IMG/VR virus record: IMGVR_UViG_3300028920_000022
Location: 124,001 to 188,000 of that record
Direction: 5' to 3' (one strand)
DNA: 64,000 nucleotides
This document shows positions 28,285 to 37,853 of this stretch, one piece after another; the stretch's first letter is position 1, and every line of letters begins with the position of its first letter. A program made the translations under genes and the position numbers. Below the pieces are notes generated by a model. The model had not been told where the DNA came from and made no database searches. It saw only the letters and a list, made by a program, of their open reading frames with translations.

Positions 28285-29622
28285 ATGGATACCAAAGAAG
28301 AACAAAAGATTATCGAGGAAACACGTAGGGTTTTTGCGTCGCTGGCTCTTATTGCACCATTTGCTTATCCAATGTTGGCTATGCCAATAAGATTGGACCC
28401 ACGATTACCAGCGCCTGCGGCAACCAATGGTGTAACTGTTATTATTAACCCTAAAGAATGGGAGAAGAAAACATTCAAGCAAAAAATGTTTATTGCGATC
28501 CATGAATGGATGCATATTGCTTTGCTTCATTGTAAAAAGTTGGGTAAAAAAAGAAGGGTGATGCACAATTATTGCTGTGATTTTAACATTAATTCTATGA
28601 TTCGGATTGACATGAAAGATCAATTCGAGATGCCATGTTGTCTTTTCGATCCAACATACCACAACAAATCTTCCGAAGAAATATACAAGGATTTAAATAA
28701 CGAAGTAAAGCGACGTCAAGAAGAAGGAATGACGCCATTTTGTCATTGTTGTAACAGAGAGTTTGTTAAGGGTGATTATGCGGATGGGCGCTGGAAAGAT
28801 CCTGATGTGGTTAAATGTCCTGTGTGCAAACGTCCTACGGCTGATGGAAAAGAAATACCGGAACCTGAATATGTAGACAGAGAGAACGCAATTAACCAAT
28901 TAATGGTAGAAGAGTTTGGGGCGCCTTGGGGAAACGATTTGCAGGATCTTCCAGTAGATGCGGATGAACAAAAAATAATTGATCAGGTTATGAAAGCTGC
29001 GGCAAGATGTCGTTCGCAAGGTAAAATGCCAGGCTCAATGCCGTCTTTTTATGAAGAGTATATAGAAACAATTAAAAAATCTAATGTTCCATGGTATCGT
29101 ATTTTATATAGGTACGCTAAAGAGTCGTTAAAAGGAAATACAGATCGAAATCCATTTAAACCGGACCCTAAGTATTTACCATTTGATATATTTATTCCTA
29201 CAGAAAGAGGAAGAAGAGTTAGCAAATTAGTATTAATTGTTGACACTTCTGGTTCGATGGAGACAGAAGAATTTAAATATGCAGCCGGACATATAGAAAA
29301 GTTCTGCACATTAGTAGATAATTTAACTGTCATAACTGCTGATACTATTGTACAGGAGGTGCTTCGGGTGCGGAACGTGAGGCGAGAATTAAAGAAACAT
29401 GCCTTGAAGTTTAAGGGCAGAGGTGGTACAAGGATGGATGAAGCATTTGAAGCAGCCAACAAACTGCGTCCGAGTCTGATTATTCTTTATTCTGATATGT
29501 ACATTGGTGATTTTCCCCCAAAACCGCGTGCTCCTGTTATATTTTTAGCTACCAAGGATGCAAATATTACAAAGGTACCATATGGAATTCTTCTTAACAT
29601 GGAATCGCAAGGACAATATTAA
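28285..29622 (+). CDS. metallopeptidase-like/VWA protein (DUF2201-type, second copy) with zinc-ribbon insert
   Basis: AATNG, HEWMH, CHCC..CPVC insert, VDTSGSM, GRGGT, YSDM. Confidence 0.9.
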   Translation: MDTKEEQKIIEETRRVFASLALIAPFAYPMLAMPIRLDPRLPAPAATNGVTVIINPKEWEKKTFKQKMFIAIHEWMHIALLHCKKLGKKRRVMHNYCCDFNINSMIRIDMKDQFEMPCCLFDPTYHNKSSEEIYKDLNNEVKRRQEEGMTPFCHCCNREFVKGDYADGRWKDPDVVKCPVCKRPTADGKEIPEPEYVDRENAINQLMVEEFGAPWGNDLQDLPVDADEQKIIDQVMKAAARCRSQGKMPGSMPSFYEEYIETIKKSNVPWYRILYRYAKESLKGNTDRNPFKPDPKYLPFDIFIPTERGRRVSKLVLIVDTSGSMETEEFKYAAGHIEKFCTLVDNLTVITADTIVQEVLRVRNVRRELKKHALKFKGRGGTRMDEAFEAANKLRPSLIILYSDMYIGDFPPKPRAPVIFLATKDANITKVPYGILLNMESQGQY

Positions 29623-30125
29623 TGGCAGATGACATACTTACGCGAGAATTAGTTAGAAATACTTTGGGAAAAATGGGGTTAGTTCCTCCTCCTAATTTGG
29701 GGAAGCTTGGAATTACCACCAAGGAGTTCTTATTAAAGGATTCTCTAAAGATAGAGTATTTAAATGACACTAATGAGCAACAGACTTCAAGTTTTCCGCT
29801 TTGGTGTGGCGAAATCTACATGGGAACTTCGCGCATGGTGGCGCTAGCTACGGATTTGTTTACCAGAGACGACGAATACCACGAATTTTGTGCTACATTT
29901 TGTGTGGACAAACTAGCCATTCATGGTGTAAAACACATATTTGCAGATCAAGAGGATGCCTATTTCCTTAAAGCGAATGAAAATGAATGGACACAGATGA
30001 GCTTATACAATAAGCTATTGATTACGGCTGGTATGGAAAGGCTTGCTGACTATGGGGTTTCTTGGCGTCCGTGCAAAGACTACGATCAATTGTACCCAAA
30101 ACTTGTAGAGTTGGTTGAAATGTAA
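29622..30125 (+). CDS. hypothetical protein
   Basis: 167-aa ORF. Confidence 0.7.
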   Translation: MADDILTRELVRNTLGKMGLVPPPNLGKLGITTKEFLLKDSLKIEYLNDTNEQQTSSFPLWCGEIYMGTSRMVALATDLFTRDDEYHEFCATFCVDKLAIHGVKHIFADQEDAYFLKANENEWTQMSLYNKLLITAGMERLADYGVSWRPCKDYDQLYPKLVELVEM

Positions 30126-30134
30126 GGCAAAAAA

Positions 30135-30335
30135 ATGAAGATCTACATTGTTTCTAAGTATCCCATCCCCGAACTAGAAAACCAGGATGCAGATCTTTTA
30201 GTGGATGACATAATTGATCTGTTTCAAGATCACAACACATGTGCTGTAAATGATAGCACAATAGCCTTAAATAAGGTTCGGGATGGTGAGGTTAAATATA
30301 CTTACTGTCTGAGTATTGAAAGGATATTTGGGTGA
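30135..30335 (+). CDS. hypothetical protein
   Basis: Operon-packed ORF. Confidence 0.55.
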   Translation: MKIYIVSKYPIPELENQDADLLVDDIIDLFQDHNTCAVNDSTIALNKVRDGEVKYTYCLSIERIFG

Positions 30336-30631
30336 TGGTTCACTTTCTTGTTATAAATTATTTTTATGACACCAGCGATGATGAATATTGTTTGTGTAAT
30401 TCAAAGGAACAAGCAATTAGGGTGGCATCAAATATAGTTTTAAACACTATGATGGATGGAGCCGGAATTACTAAAAAAGAATTGTTGAAAATTAAGAAGC
30501 CTGAGGCTAGATTAGAGGCTTGGGCAGATTATAGTAATTGTTATAGTATGGAATGGTCTTTTGGTAGCATTGGTGGCATCAAAATTGTAAAAATCAAAAC
30601 ACCCACTAAACAACAACTTGTGGAGAAATAA
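30332..30631 (+). CDS. hypothetical protein
   Basis: GTGA overlap. Confidence 0.6.
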   Translation: MMVHFLVINYFYDTSDDEYCLCNSKEQAIRVASNIVLNTMMDGAGITKKELLKIKKPEARLEAWADYSNCYSMEWSFGSIGGIKIVKIKTPTKQQLVEK

Positions 30632-30632
30632 C

Positions 30633-30974
30633 ATGGGAATGAATGCGGTTGCATATTTGTGGTATGGTGTTATTGATAAAAGATCTCGGCTTTTGAAGCT
30701 TGCAGATGATACGTTTGGTGAAGAGATTTATTCAAAATTAGAAACATTAGCTGAGAGATTTGGTTTTGATGAGATTTGTCTCCAGCGCGAAGGATATGAT
30801 CCTACTGAAGATCATGGAGTAGCGGCGTGGAGTTTTCATTGTTTTGATTGGGAAGATACCAAACCTTTCAAGATGCCACCACAAGCTACTTTGGATAGAC
30901 AATGGCGAAAGATTGCCCAAAAACTGGGTATCAAAAAGAAGCCTCAATGGTATTTGTGGACAGAATATTCCTAA
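30633..30974 (+). CDS. hypothetical protein
   Basis: MGMNAVAYLWYG; SD GGAG. Confidence 0.65.
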   Translation: MGMNAVAYLWYGVIDKRSRLLKLADDTFGEEIYSKLETLAERFGFDEICLQREGYDPTEDHGVAAWSFHCFDWEDTKPFKMPPQATLDRQWRKIAQKLGIKKKPQWYLWTEYS

Positions 30975-30987
30975 GTGGAGAACAACA

Positions 30988-31488
30988 ATGACCGATAATT
31001 TTGTTGAAGAATATATGTCTGAATGTATTGATCGGGGTATTTGTACCCCTAAGGATATTTGCAATCGTGCAATGCAAAGAATTGATGACATTGATGAGGA
31101 GTTGTTGCGGCATCAGGCGTTGAGGAAAGAAAAATCTAATTTAGAGATGGTATTGCGCACATTTAATCATGAGGCGTTTAAGAAGCCTCGCAAGAGCAAA
31201 GAGCCCATGATTAATTCTGAGGTTGCAGAAGCCGATTTGGACCCATCCTATATTAATCTTTTGTCTAGTATTTGCGGTTTTATTGATCAATCGGAACATT
31301 CTGTAATGCCCCGGGAAATTATAGATAGAATGTTGAAAAATAATGCAATAGAACATGGTACTGTTGACGATAAACAACGTTGTATCTACATGTCTATCAA
31401 ATGGTTGTTGGATCGTGGCATCATAAGGCGTGATGATGCTAACAGATCTCTTTCTCAAGGAAAGAATTGGAGAGATAGACCGCAATAA
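30988..31488 (+). CDS. coiled-coil + winged-helix putative DNA-binding protein
   Basis: Coiled coil, basic linker, VMPREIIDRM...IYMSIKWLLDRGIIRR; SD GGAG. Confidence 0.6.
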   Translation: MTDNFVEEYMSECIDRGICTPKDICNRAMQRIDDIDEELLRHQALRKEKSNLEMVLRTFNHEAFKKPRKSKEPMINSEVAEADLDPSYINLLSSICGFIDQSEHSVMPREIIDRMLKNNAIEHGTVDDKQRCIYMSIKWLLDRGIIRRDDANRSLSQGKNWRDRPQ

Positions 31489-31502
31489 AATAATATAACT
31501 AT

Positions 31503-31817
31503 GTGAGCGAGTTATATTTATTATTCATACCACCGATTCTTTTAATTGTGTTATCGATAATTGTGTATTTTTTTACCAAACCCACACAATTGCAGATAAA
31601 ACACAATCTTATTGGAACATACGGGGAGGTAATTTATCCTGTTGACAGGCGGGACGGAGCCATTGTAGTATGGGAAGGCGATGAGGAAGTAATTATATTT
31701 TGTAGATCTTATGGATCAAAAATAGCGGAAGGTGCCACAGTCATTATTACTGAGTATGATTTTAGAGAAAGAACTTTTCGTATTGAACCAAGTCCCAGGA
31801 AAATATATAGACACTGA
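31503..31817 (+). CDS. NfeD-like membrane protein (TM + OB fold)
   Basis: TM helix then LIGTYGEVIYPV..G.IVV..IAEGATVII. Confidence 0.7.
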   Translation: MSELYLLFIPPILLIVLSIIVYFFTKPTQLQIKHNLIGTYGEVIYPVDRRDGAIVVWEGDEEVIIFCRSYGSKIAEGATVIITEYDFRERTFRIEPSPRKIYRH

Positions 31818-32146
31818 TGTTTTTAGGCATGGAAGCAGAACCAAAAGAAGAAAAAACAGCTTGGTTGTTAACTTTTCTTTCTTGGGTTGTTTATATTTTT
31901 ATTGGTGTGGTGTCGTCCTATTATAGGTGGGTGATTTTGTTTATTCCTATTATTATGTTGTTAAGTTTTATAGTAGCGGTAGTTGCTGACAAAATGTATG
32001 GTGGTTTTAATCCAAGTTATACGTTGTGGAGCAAAATTAAAACAATTTTTCTCATAAGTCTTTTAGTGCCACTATCTATACCGTGGATTATTAAGTGTTT
32101 GAGAAGAGATTATTTGGAAGAAATAATTCAAGATATAATTGAATGA
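31817..32146 (+). CDS. membrane protein (3 TM) with C-terminal tag
   Basis: Hydrophobic helices; ends YLEEIIQDIIE. Confidence 0.7.
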   Translation: MFLGMEAEPKEEKTAWLLTFLSWVVYIFIGVVSSYYRWVILFIPIIMLLSFIVAVVADKMYGGFNPSYTLWSKIKTIFLISLLVPLSIPWIIKCLRRDYLEEIIQDIIE

Positions 32147-32751
32147 AAACCTATCCCACAATACCGTCAGAGGTCCAGTCTGGATTTCATATAATCGCTT
32201 TCAATAAGCTGGACGGATCTAATATACGTGCAGAATGGTCCAAAAAGAAAGGTTTCTATAAATTCGGAACTAGGAAAAGGCTACTTGGAGAAGACGAGAA
32301 GCCATTGGGCGAAGCAATTAGCCTTGCTAGAAACAAATATGAGAAAGATTTGTCAGATATATTTCGTAAGTTACGATGTCAAAACGCTATTTGCTTTCTA
32401 GAGTTTTGGGGAAAGCGTTCAGCTTTCGGTAGACATGTGGTCGAGCCGCATGATATTACTTTATTTGATGTGTGCTTATATAAACAGGGAATAATGTTTC
32501 CTAAAGAGTATTTGAAGAACTTTGGACATTTAGATATTGCTCAGGTTTTATATCAGGGACCGTGCAATTCTGAGTTCGTTAATAGTGTACGTGAGGGTAC
32601 ATTAGAAAACATGGGACCTGAAGGCGTGGTCTGCAAAGCGCCGGGCACACATAAAAAACCATTGATGTTTAAAATCAAAAGAAACACTTGGTATGAACGA
32701 CTGCGTGAGTATTGCCAAGGTGATGAAAAACTTTTTAATGAATTGGTTTAA
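32143..32751 (+). CDS. ATP-dependent RNA ligase-like nucleotidyltransferase (minimal)
   Basis: KLDGSNIR, EFWG, LFDV, EGVVCK, FKIK. Confidence 0.8.
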   Translation: MKTYPTIPSEVQSGFHIIAFNKLDGSNIRAEWSKKKGFYKFGTRKRLLGEDEKPLGEAISLARNKYEKDLSDIFRKLRCQNAICFLEFWGKRSAFGRHVVEPHDITLFDVCLYKQGIMFPKEYLKNFGHLDIAQVLYQGPCNSEFVNSVREGTLENMGPEGVVCKAPGTHKKPLMFKIKRNTWYERLREYCQGDEKLFNELV

Positions 32752-32755
32752 TGGA

Positions 32756-33820
32756 ATGGATTGGCGAGAAAATAAAAGAAAATCTATTCTTCCACACTTT
32801 AAAGGCGAAGGAAAGTTTCTAAAATCTGTTCAAGAAGGCAGATACAAATTAGATATTTATCGCTACGGAACTAAACAAGGATGTTGGGAATATACTCAGG
32901 GTAGAGTATATAGAGATGGTAATTTTGTTACAAATGTTAATCGCAACTATAGTAGTTTTCCATTTTCTTGGATTGTTGGACACGCTAACGGTCATGATTA
33001 TTTAGTTGCCGGAGAGGACTATCAGGGACAAACTATAATCGAATTAGATACAGGAAAGCGATCCGACACTTTACCAGAAGATGCCGAAAAAGGTTGGGGG
33101 TTTTGCTGGGCAATACACAAATACTTCCCTAAACAACAAATTCTAGTAGTTGATGGATGCCTTTGGGCTTGCCCATATGAGTTTAGATTCTACGATTTTT
33201 CTGATCCGTTGAATTTTAAAGAAATTAAATATGAGGATGATTGTATATTGTCGGATGGTAAATTTCCAACGTTTGAATCCGATGGGATAATTCGTTGTTA
33301 TCAATTAGACATACAGCTGAATGATGGTGAGGATTGCGAAGACGACGAAGAGATTGAAAAAGCCATTGTTGCTCACAAAGATTTCAAACGTATTGGAAAC
33401 AAATTAGAATTTCAGAATGAATGGGTTTCTGAGGAAGAACAGGTTAGGCGCAAAAGAAGCCAAGAAGCCTGGGATCGTCGCGAGAGGGAAATAAAAGAAT
33501 TTAAGGAAAAAGATTCTCTTTATTTGTCTTACTTGGAGAATCTAAAAGATGGTACTCTAAGCCCCGAAAATTCAGAAGGTTGTGGAGTAACTTATAATGG
33601 TTGGTGTCCTAATTTCGACGTTGAAGAACGTCGGTGGTGTCGTCGAATAATTAAAAATACAAAAGGATATACTGTTGATTTAGATTGGGGAATTAAAACT
33701 GGACCAGTTAAATTAACTATATTCAAAAACGGGAACCATTTAGAAGATAAGTTTTGGATGGAACATTCTGTACAAAGTATAAACGATGCGTTTGAATATG
33801 CCAAGGAACTAATCAAATGA
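32756..33820 (+). CDS. hypothetical phage protein
   Basis: ~354-aa ORF; GFCW, VDGCLWACPYE. Confidence 0.75.
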   Translation: MDWRENKRKSILPHFKGEGKFLKSVQEGRYKLDIYRYGTKQGCWEYTQGRVYRDGNFVTNVNRNYSSFPFSWIVGHANGHDYLVAGEDYQGQTIIELDTGKRSDTLPEDAEKGWGFCWAIHKYFPKQQILVVDGCLWACPYEFRFYDFSDPLNFKEIKYEDDCILSDGKFPTFESDGIIRCYQLDIQLNDGEDCEDDEEIEKAIVAHKDFKRIGNKLEFQNEWVSEEEQVRRKRSQEAWDRREREIKEFKEKDSLYLSYLENLKDGTLSPENSEGCGVTYNGWCPNFDVEERRWCRRIIKNTKGYTVDLDWGIKTGPVKLTIFKNGNHLEDKFWMEHSVQSINDAFEYAKELIK

Positions 33821-34458
33821 ATAATCCTTTCGAAAAAGTTATTGATGCTGAAACTGAAGAAACTTTTTCTGATCATTTAGTGATTGATGAGTTTAGAGGG
33901 AAGAATGAATTTCTTTCTAATTTTTTCATGCGTCCATTTCAAACCGATATAGAGTTTATAGATGAAAATGGCGAGCACCAATGGATTACAGAAACATTTC
34001 AATCTGTTGAGCACGCATTTCAAGCGTCAAAAGTATTTGATCGTGATGTTCAAAAGGTAATTCGTGATGCCGCAACGCCCCGAAAGACTAAAAAATTGGG
34101 TAGAAAAGCTAGATTGCGTCCGGATTGGGAAGAAGTTAAAGTTGATATTATGGAGAGAATAGTTTCCGATAAGTTTGCGCAACATAAAGATCTTCAATTG
34201 CGTTTGTTATTTACTGGAAACGCCGAGTTAATTGAAGGAAATACCTGGAATGATGATTTCTGGGGCGTTATTAATGGAAAAGGTGGCAAAAATCATTTGG
34301 GTAAGATTTTAATGCGGGTGCGAGATCTTCTGACCGAATCTTTAGGAGATTTTGAAACTGTTTTCAAAGGGTTTTTAAGCGATAATCATTTGGGTTTTTT
34401 GATTGGACATTTTAACTGGGAACAAAATAATGAGCAAGAAACGTCAAGCGGTTGTTAG
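33817..34458 (+). CDS. NADAR (YbiA-like) family protein
   Basis: FLSNF, SVEHAFQASK, RPDWEEVK..M..KFAQH, LIEGNTWNDDFWG, NHLGKILM. Confidence 0.93.
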   Translation: MNNPFEKVIDAETEETFSDHLVIDEFRGKNEFLSNFFMRPFQTDIEFIDENGEHQWITETFQSVEHAFQASKVFDRDVQKVIRDAATPRKTKKLGRKARLRPDWEEVKVDIMERIVSDKFAQHKDLQLRLLFTGNAELIEGNTWNDDFWGVINGKGGKNHLGKILMRVRDLLTESLGDFETVFKGFLSDNHLGFLIGHFNWEQNNEQETSSGC

Positions 34459-34669
34459 AACGGTTGTGGTAGAAAAGAATCCTAATTCCTACAGCAAAGC
34501 GTTGGAGGAAGTTAAGAAGGTTTCTGGATTCACAGCAGCTCTTCCTTTGAGAGCTGCTTCTGCAGGAGCTGCGGTGGAATACGAGTTTCTGGTTTCTGAC
34601 GAAATGTCTGATTGTGAAACGGAACTCATGACCATGCGTTTGGAAGCGGAAGGTTTTGGGAGGCGTTGA
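34430..34669 (+). CDS. hypothetical protein
   Basis: Operon-packed ORF. Confidence 0.6.
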   Translation: MSKKRQAVVRTVVVEKNPNSYSKALEEVKKVSGFTAALPLRAASAGAAVEYEFLVSDEMSDCETELMTMRLEAEGFGRR

Positions 34670-34875
34670 TGAAAAAGATTGGCAAGATTCTAAACAAATT
34701 GGACAGTAAAAAAGCAAGAATCATTAAAGATAGAATCTCCAAACTTGCTGATAAGTGGGATAAAGAAGCCGATCGTCTTGCTGATGAGGCTGAAATGCCC
34801 TCAGCTGCTACAATAAATAAGTGTGCAGATTGTCTTCGTAGATTTGCCGGAATAGAACCGGATGAGAATAGATAA
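34666..34875 (+). CDS. hypothetical protein
   Basis: SD GGAGG upstream. Confidence 0.6.
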   Translation: MMKKIGKILNKLDSKKARIIKDRISKLADKWDKEADRLADEAEMPSAATINKCADCLRRFAGIEPDENR

Positions 34876-35176
34876 AAAAACCATAGTCGATAATATTTAT
34901 AAACACCTTGGGAAAACTTTATCAAAAAATCAAATCTATGATGTGGTTACAGTAATTTGTGACTATTTGTCAGAAGAATTAATAGAAAACCGTAGCGTTT
35001 CAATAAAAAACTTCGGCACCTTATCTCCCTATATGTTTCATGGGCATGAGGGGATAGATGTGTCGAGTGGAAATATGAGGTACGTGGAGGAGTTTCGGAG
35101 TGTGAAGTTTCGTCCACACCATGTTTTATGGCGCTTGGTGAAGAGGAAGAGGAAAAAGATTCTCAGAAAGCGGTAG
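34862..35176 (+). CDS. HU/IHF-like DNA-binding protein
   Basis: LSKNQIYDVV..LSEELIENRSVSIKNFGTL..VKFRP. Confidence 0.8.
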   Translation: MRIDKKTIVDNIYKHLGKTLSKNQIYDVVTVICDYLSEELIENRSVSIKNFGTLSPYMFHGHEGIDVSSGNMRYVEEFRSVKFRPHHVLWRLVKRKRKKILRKR

Positions 35177-35223
35177 AATTCTGTAGGTTTGCTGGCTGTG
35201 CGAAAGAAAAGTGAACGAAGGCG

Positions 35224-35252
35224 TTGACAAAAGCAAAACGATCGGCTAGATT
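35224..35252 (+). promoter_or_regulatory. sigma70-like promoter
   Basis: TTGACA-17-TAGATT. Confidence 0.7.
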
Positions 35253-35302
35253 CGAGCACGCTAATCGAAAGCACCCCAGAAATTCTAACAGGAGAAACAA
35301 AT

Positions 35303-35803
35303 ATGGCGAAACAAGAAACTCAGAAGAAGAAGCCAGGTCGTAAGCCTGGAACGAAGTCACCTCGCAATATCTATTGCCTGTGTGTTGGCGTGGTTGAGGC
35401 GGAGCTGCAGGTCGAGGAGATTCAGGTCGAGGGAGATAAGAACTCCACCGATAAGGATCTGTTGGCACAGGCTTCCGATAAGTTCGAGGCACTTCATGGC
35501 GAGGCACCAGAGGAAATGAAGGGTCCGTATTTCCAGCGCAAGGGTCAGCAGACCTATCAGCGCAAGCGTGATTCGATCAAGATTGATACGGACGACCTCG
35601 TTTTCAAGCCCGACAAGGCTGTTGCTGAGTACAATGGCTGGGAGGTTGCGGTTCGGTATATCGAGAACTTCGATAGCGCAGCCTACATTATCTTCAAGCG
35701 TCAGCTGGATGATAGTGACAAGAAGCGTGCCAAGCCCGTGCCGAAGACGGTGCCCCTTGATGCGCTGCAGAATGTGCGACCGCAGGAAAGCGCTAGCGCA
35801 TAA
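35303..35803 (+). CDS. hypothetical, probably highly expressed protein (basic N-terminus)
   Basis: Own promoter, SD AGGAG, terminator; markedly GC3-rich codons. Confidence 0.75.
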   Translation: MAKQETQKKKPGRKPGTKSPRNIYCLCVGVVEAELQVEEIQVEGDKNSTDKDLLAQASDKFEALHGEAPEEMKGPYFQRKGQQTYQRKRDSIKIDTDDLVFKPDKAVAEYNGWEVAVRYIENFDSAAYIIFKRQLDDSDKKRAKPVPKTVPLDALQNVRPQESASA

Positions 35804-35821
35804 GAAAAACAAACCGAAACC

Positions 35822-35865
35822 CATGAAAGCCTGGCTTCTAAAAGAAGCTGGGCTTTCGTGTTTTT
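35822..35865 (+). terminator. Rho-independent terminator
   Basis: CATGAAAGCCTGGCTTCT-aaa-AGAAGCTGGGCTTTCGTG followed by TTTTT. Confidence 0.85.
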
Positions 35866-35928
35866 GTGGGATAATTTTGAAATCGAGCCGGCTGAGAAAA
35901 ACAACTATCAATATTTTCACAGCATGGC

Positions 35929-36282
35929 ATGATTATGCGAAAAAAGTTGAACGAATTCAAAAAAATATTCCTTGCTAGGCGTGCTCAATTATTGGAACAA
36001 CTGAATAGAGATACTTTCTTGGACACCGAAGGTGATGATGTTGATTTAATCCAAGGAAAGATATTACATTCAGTAACGGAGAAGCTTTCAGCCAGAGAAC
36101 TTGCGGCTCTTCGTAGAATAGATTTGGCTCTGGAAAAAATCGAGTCAGGGGAATTCGGAACTTGTGAAGAATGTGGTGAGGAAATCCCAGAGAAACGTTT
36201 GATGGCTCATCCGGAAGCTAGCACCTGTATTTCTTGTGCTGAACATCTGGAAAAAATTGAAAAGCAATATGCAAGTGGTTGA
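35929..36282 (+). CDS. DksA/TraR family C4 zinc-finger protein
   Basis: Coiled coil with GDDVD tip; IDLALEKIESGEFGTCEECGEEIPEKRL..PEASTCISC. Confidence 0.9.
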   Translation: MIMRKKLNEFKKIFLARRAQLLEQLNRDTFLDTEGDDVDLIQGKILHSVTEKLSARELAALRRIDLALEKIESGEFGTCEECGEEIPEKRLMAHPEASTCISCAEHLEKIEKQYASG

Positions 36283-36352
36283 TATTACAAAAGAAAATCA
36301 CATTCTTTTAAGTCAAACACAGCATAAATAACCATAGAACAGCAAGGTAACT

Positions 36353-37009
36353 ATGAAAAAAATGAGCTTTGTCCATCCCATGATTTATGAAAAGACACGG
36401 GATGGGGAAATGTTATATGATGTTTATTCGCGCCTAATAAAGGAACGCATAGTTTTTCTAGCAGATGAGGTGGATGTGGAGGTAGCAACAACGGTAGCTG
36501 CTACCTTTTTGTTTCTGGACAGCCAGAGCAAAACGAAACCAATCTCCCTGTATATTAATTCCCCTGGCGGTTCTGTACATGATGGGCTGTTTACCATTTA
36601 CGATGCCATAAATTATATAGAGTGTCCTGTTAAAACTGTGTGCTTAGGTGAGGCTGCTTCCGCGGCTGCAACAATATTGGCTGCCGGTTCACCCGGAATG
36701 AGGTTTGCTACTCCTAATAGTTTAATCATGATTCACCAGTTGCAGATTTCAGATTTGTCTGGTAAAGGAACAGATGTAGCAAAGGAAGCAGAACGGATTA
36801 AAGAATGGAACGAGAGATTGTTTCAAACATTAGCCCGCCATACTGGGCATACTACTGAGGAAATTGCTCAAGTATGTAGAGATGATACGTATTTTAACGC
36901 AAAACAAGCTAAGGAATTCGGTTTGATTGATGAAATTGTTGAACCGAAGAAAAAGATTCCCGATTTAATTACCCAAACCCCAAAAGCAAGACGGAAAAAG
37001 GGTTCGTGA
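36353..37009 (+). CDS. clpP: ATP-dependent Clp protease proteolytic subunit
   Basis: YDVYSRLIKERIVFL, YINSPGGSV, AASAA (catalytic Ser), IMIHQ, RDDTYF..EFGLIDEI. Confidence 0.95.
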   Translation: MKKMSFVHPMIYEKTRDGEMLYDVYSRLIKERIVFLADEVDVEVATTVAATFLFLDSQSKTKPISLYINSPGGSVHDGLFTIYDAINYIECPVKTVCLGEAASAAATILAAGSPGMRFATPNSLIMIHQLQISDLSGKGTDVAKEAERIKEWNERLFQTLARHTGHTTEEIAQVCRDDTYFNAKQAKEFGLIDEIVEPKKKIPDLITQTPKARRKKGS

Positions 37010-37018
37010 TGAGCCTGA

Positions 37019-37459
37019 ATGTATGACGTATTAGTTAGTTTACGATCCAGATTAAAGTTTTATATATCTAGACTTAGATGTGATGCTTGTTATGCACCAT
37101 ATTCTAAACATTGCTCAATATATTTGTGCGAGTCAGGCTCCACATTTGAACAAAATAAGAGCAAATTTTCCATTGATTCTAAACCATCTGGTCAACCAAT
37201 TTCTTTTGGAGCCAGGTTCCCCATTACCTGGAACTCAGCAACAAGTCGACACTTATATACTAACGCTTTGCAAGCAGCCCGGTTAGTTGCAAACCCAGAG
37301 AAGGAAAGAGTAACTAGAAACGTTTTGTCCTTGGAGGTTTGTTGTAGTAGGTGTAATAATTTTAAAGAATTGGAAATAGATTTAGATGATTTTTTGCCAA
37401 AACAATATGGGAAAGCGTCTGTTACTCGGGATTTGAGTTATCCTGATGAAGAAGAATAG
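37019..37459 (+). CDS. Cys-rich hypothetical protein
   Basis: CDAC...CSRC. Confidence 0.6.
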   Translation: MYDVLVSLRSRLKFYISRLRCDACYAPYSKHCSIYLCESGSTFEQNKSKFSIDSKPSGQPISFGARFPITWNSATSRHLYTNALQAARLVANPEKERVTRNVLSLEVCCSRCNNFKELEIDLDDFLPKQYGKASVTRDLSYPDEEE

Positions 37460-37835
37460 GCTACTTCGAGATTTGGATATTCCTAAGAATCGTGTGCGTT
37501 GCGATTTGTGTGGAAAAGAATACTCTAAAGAGATTATTTGTGGGTATTCTATGGGTAACGTTAGGGATTATAGGTTTCGTTATAGCTTCGATTCTACGCA
37601 CCTGCCGTTAATTTACACATGGACCAGCAGACATTGGCTGGTTCGTGATCCCAAATCAGTTAAACATATTTTTAGAAGACGCCGAATGTGTACAGATCTT
37701 ACAACCGTTGATGGGTTCTATCCATACCACAAAATAGCTGTAGAATTAAAGTGTGAGTGTGGTGGTTATAGGACGTATTTTATCAAATTAAAGCACATTT
37801 CTTCATCAACAATACGACGCAGAAGGGCACTCTAA
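37446..37835 (+). CDS. Cys-rich hypothetical protein
   Basis: CDLC...CECG; similar layout to previous gene. Confidence 0.6.
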   Translation: MKKNRLLRDLDIPKNRVRCDLCGKEYSKEIICGYSMGNVRDYRFRYSFDSTHLPLIYTWTSRHWLVRDPKSVKHIFRRRRMCTDLTTVDGFYPYHKIAVELKCECGGYRTYFIKLKHISSSTIRRRRAL

Positions 37836-37846
37836 TATTCTTGCAT
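37833..37846 (+). promoter_or_regulatory. candidate phage-specific promoter TAAT-N7-CAT
   Basis: TAAT-attcttg-CAT, 7 nt before ATG. Confidence 0.55.
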
Positions 37847-37853
37847 ACCAATT

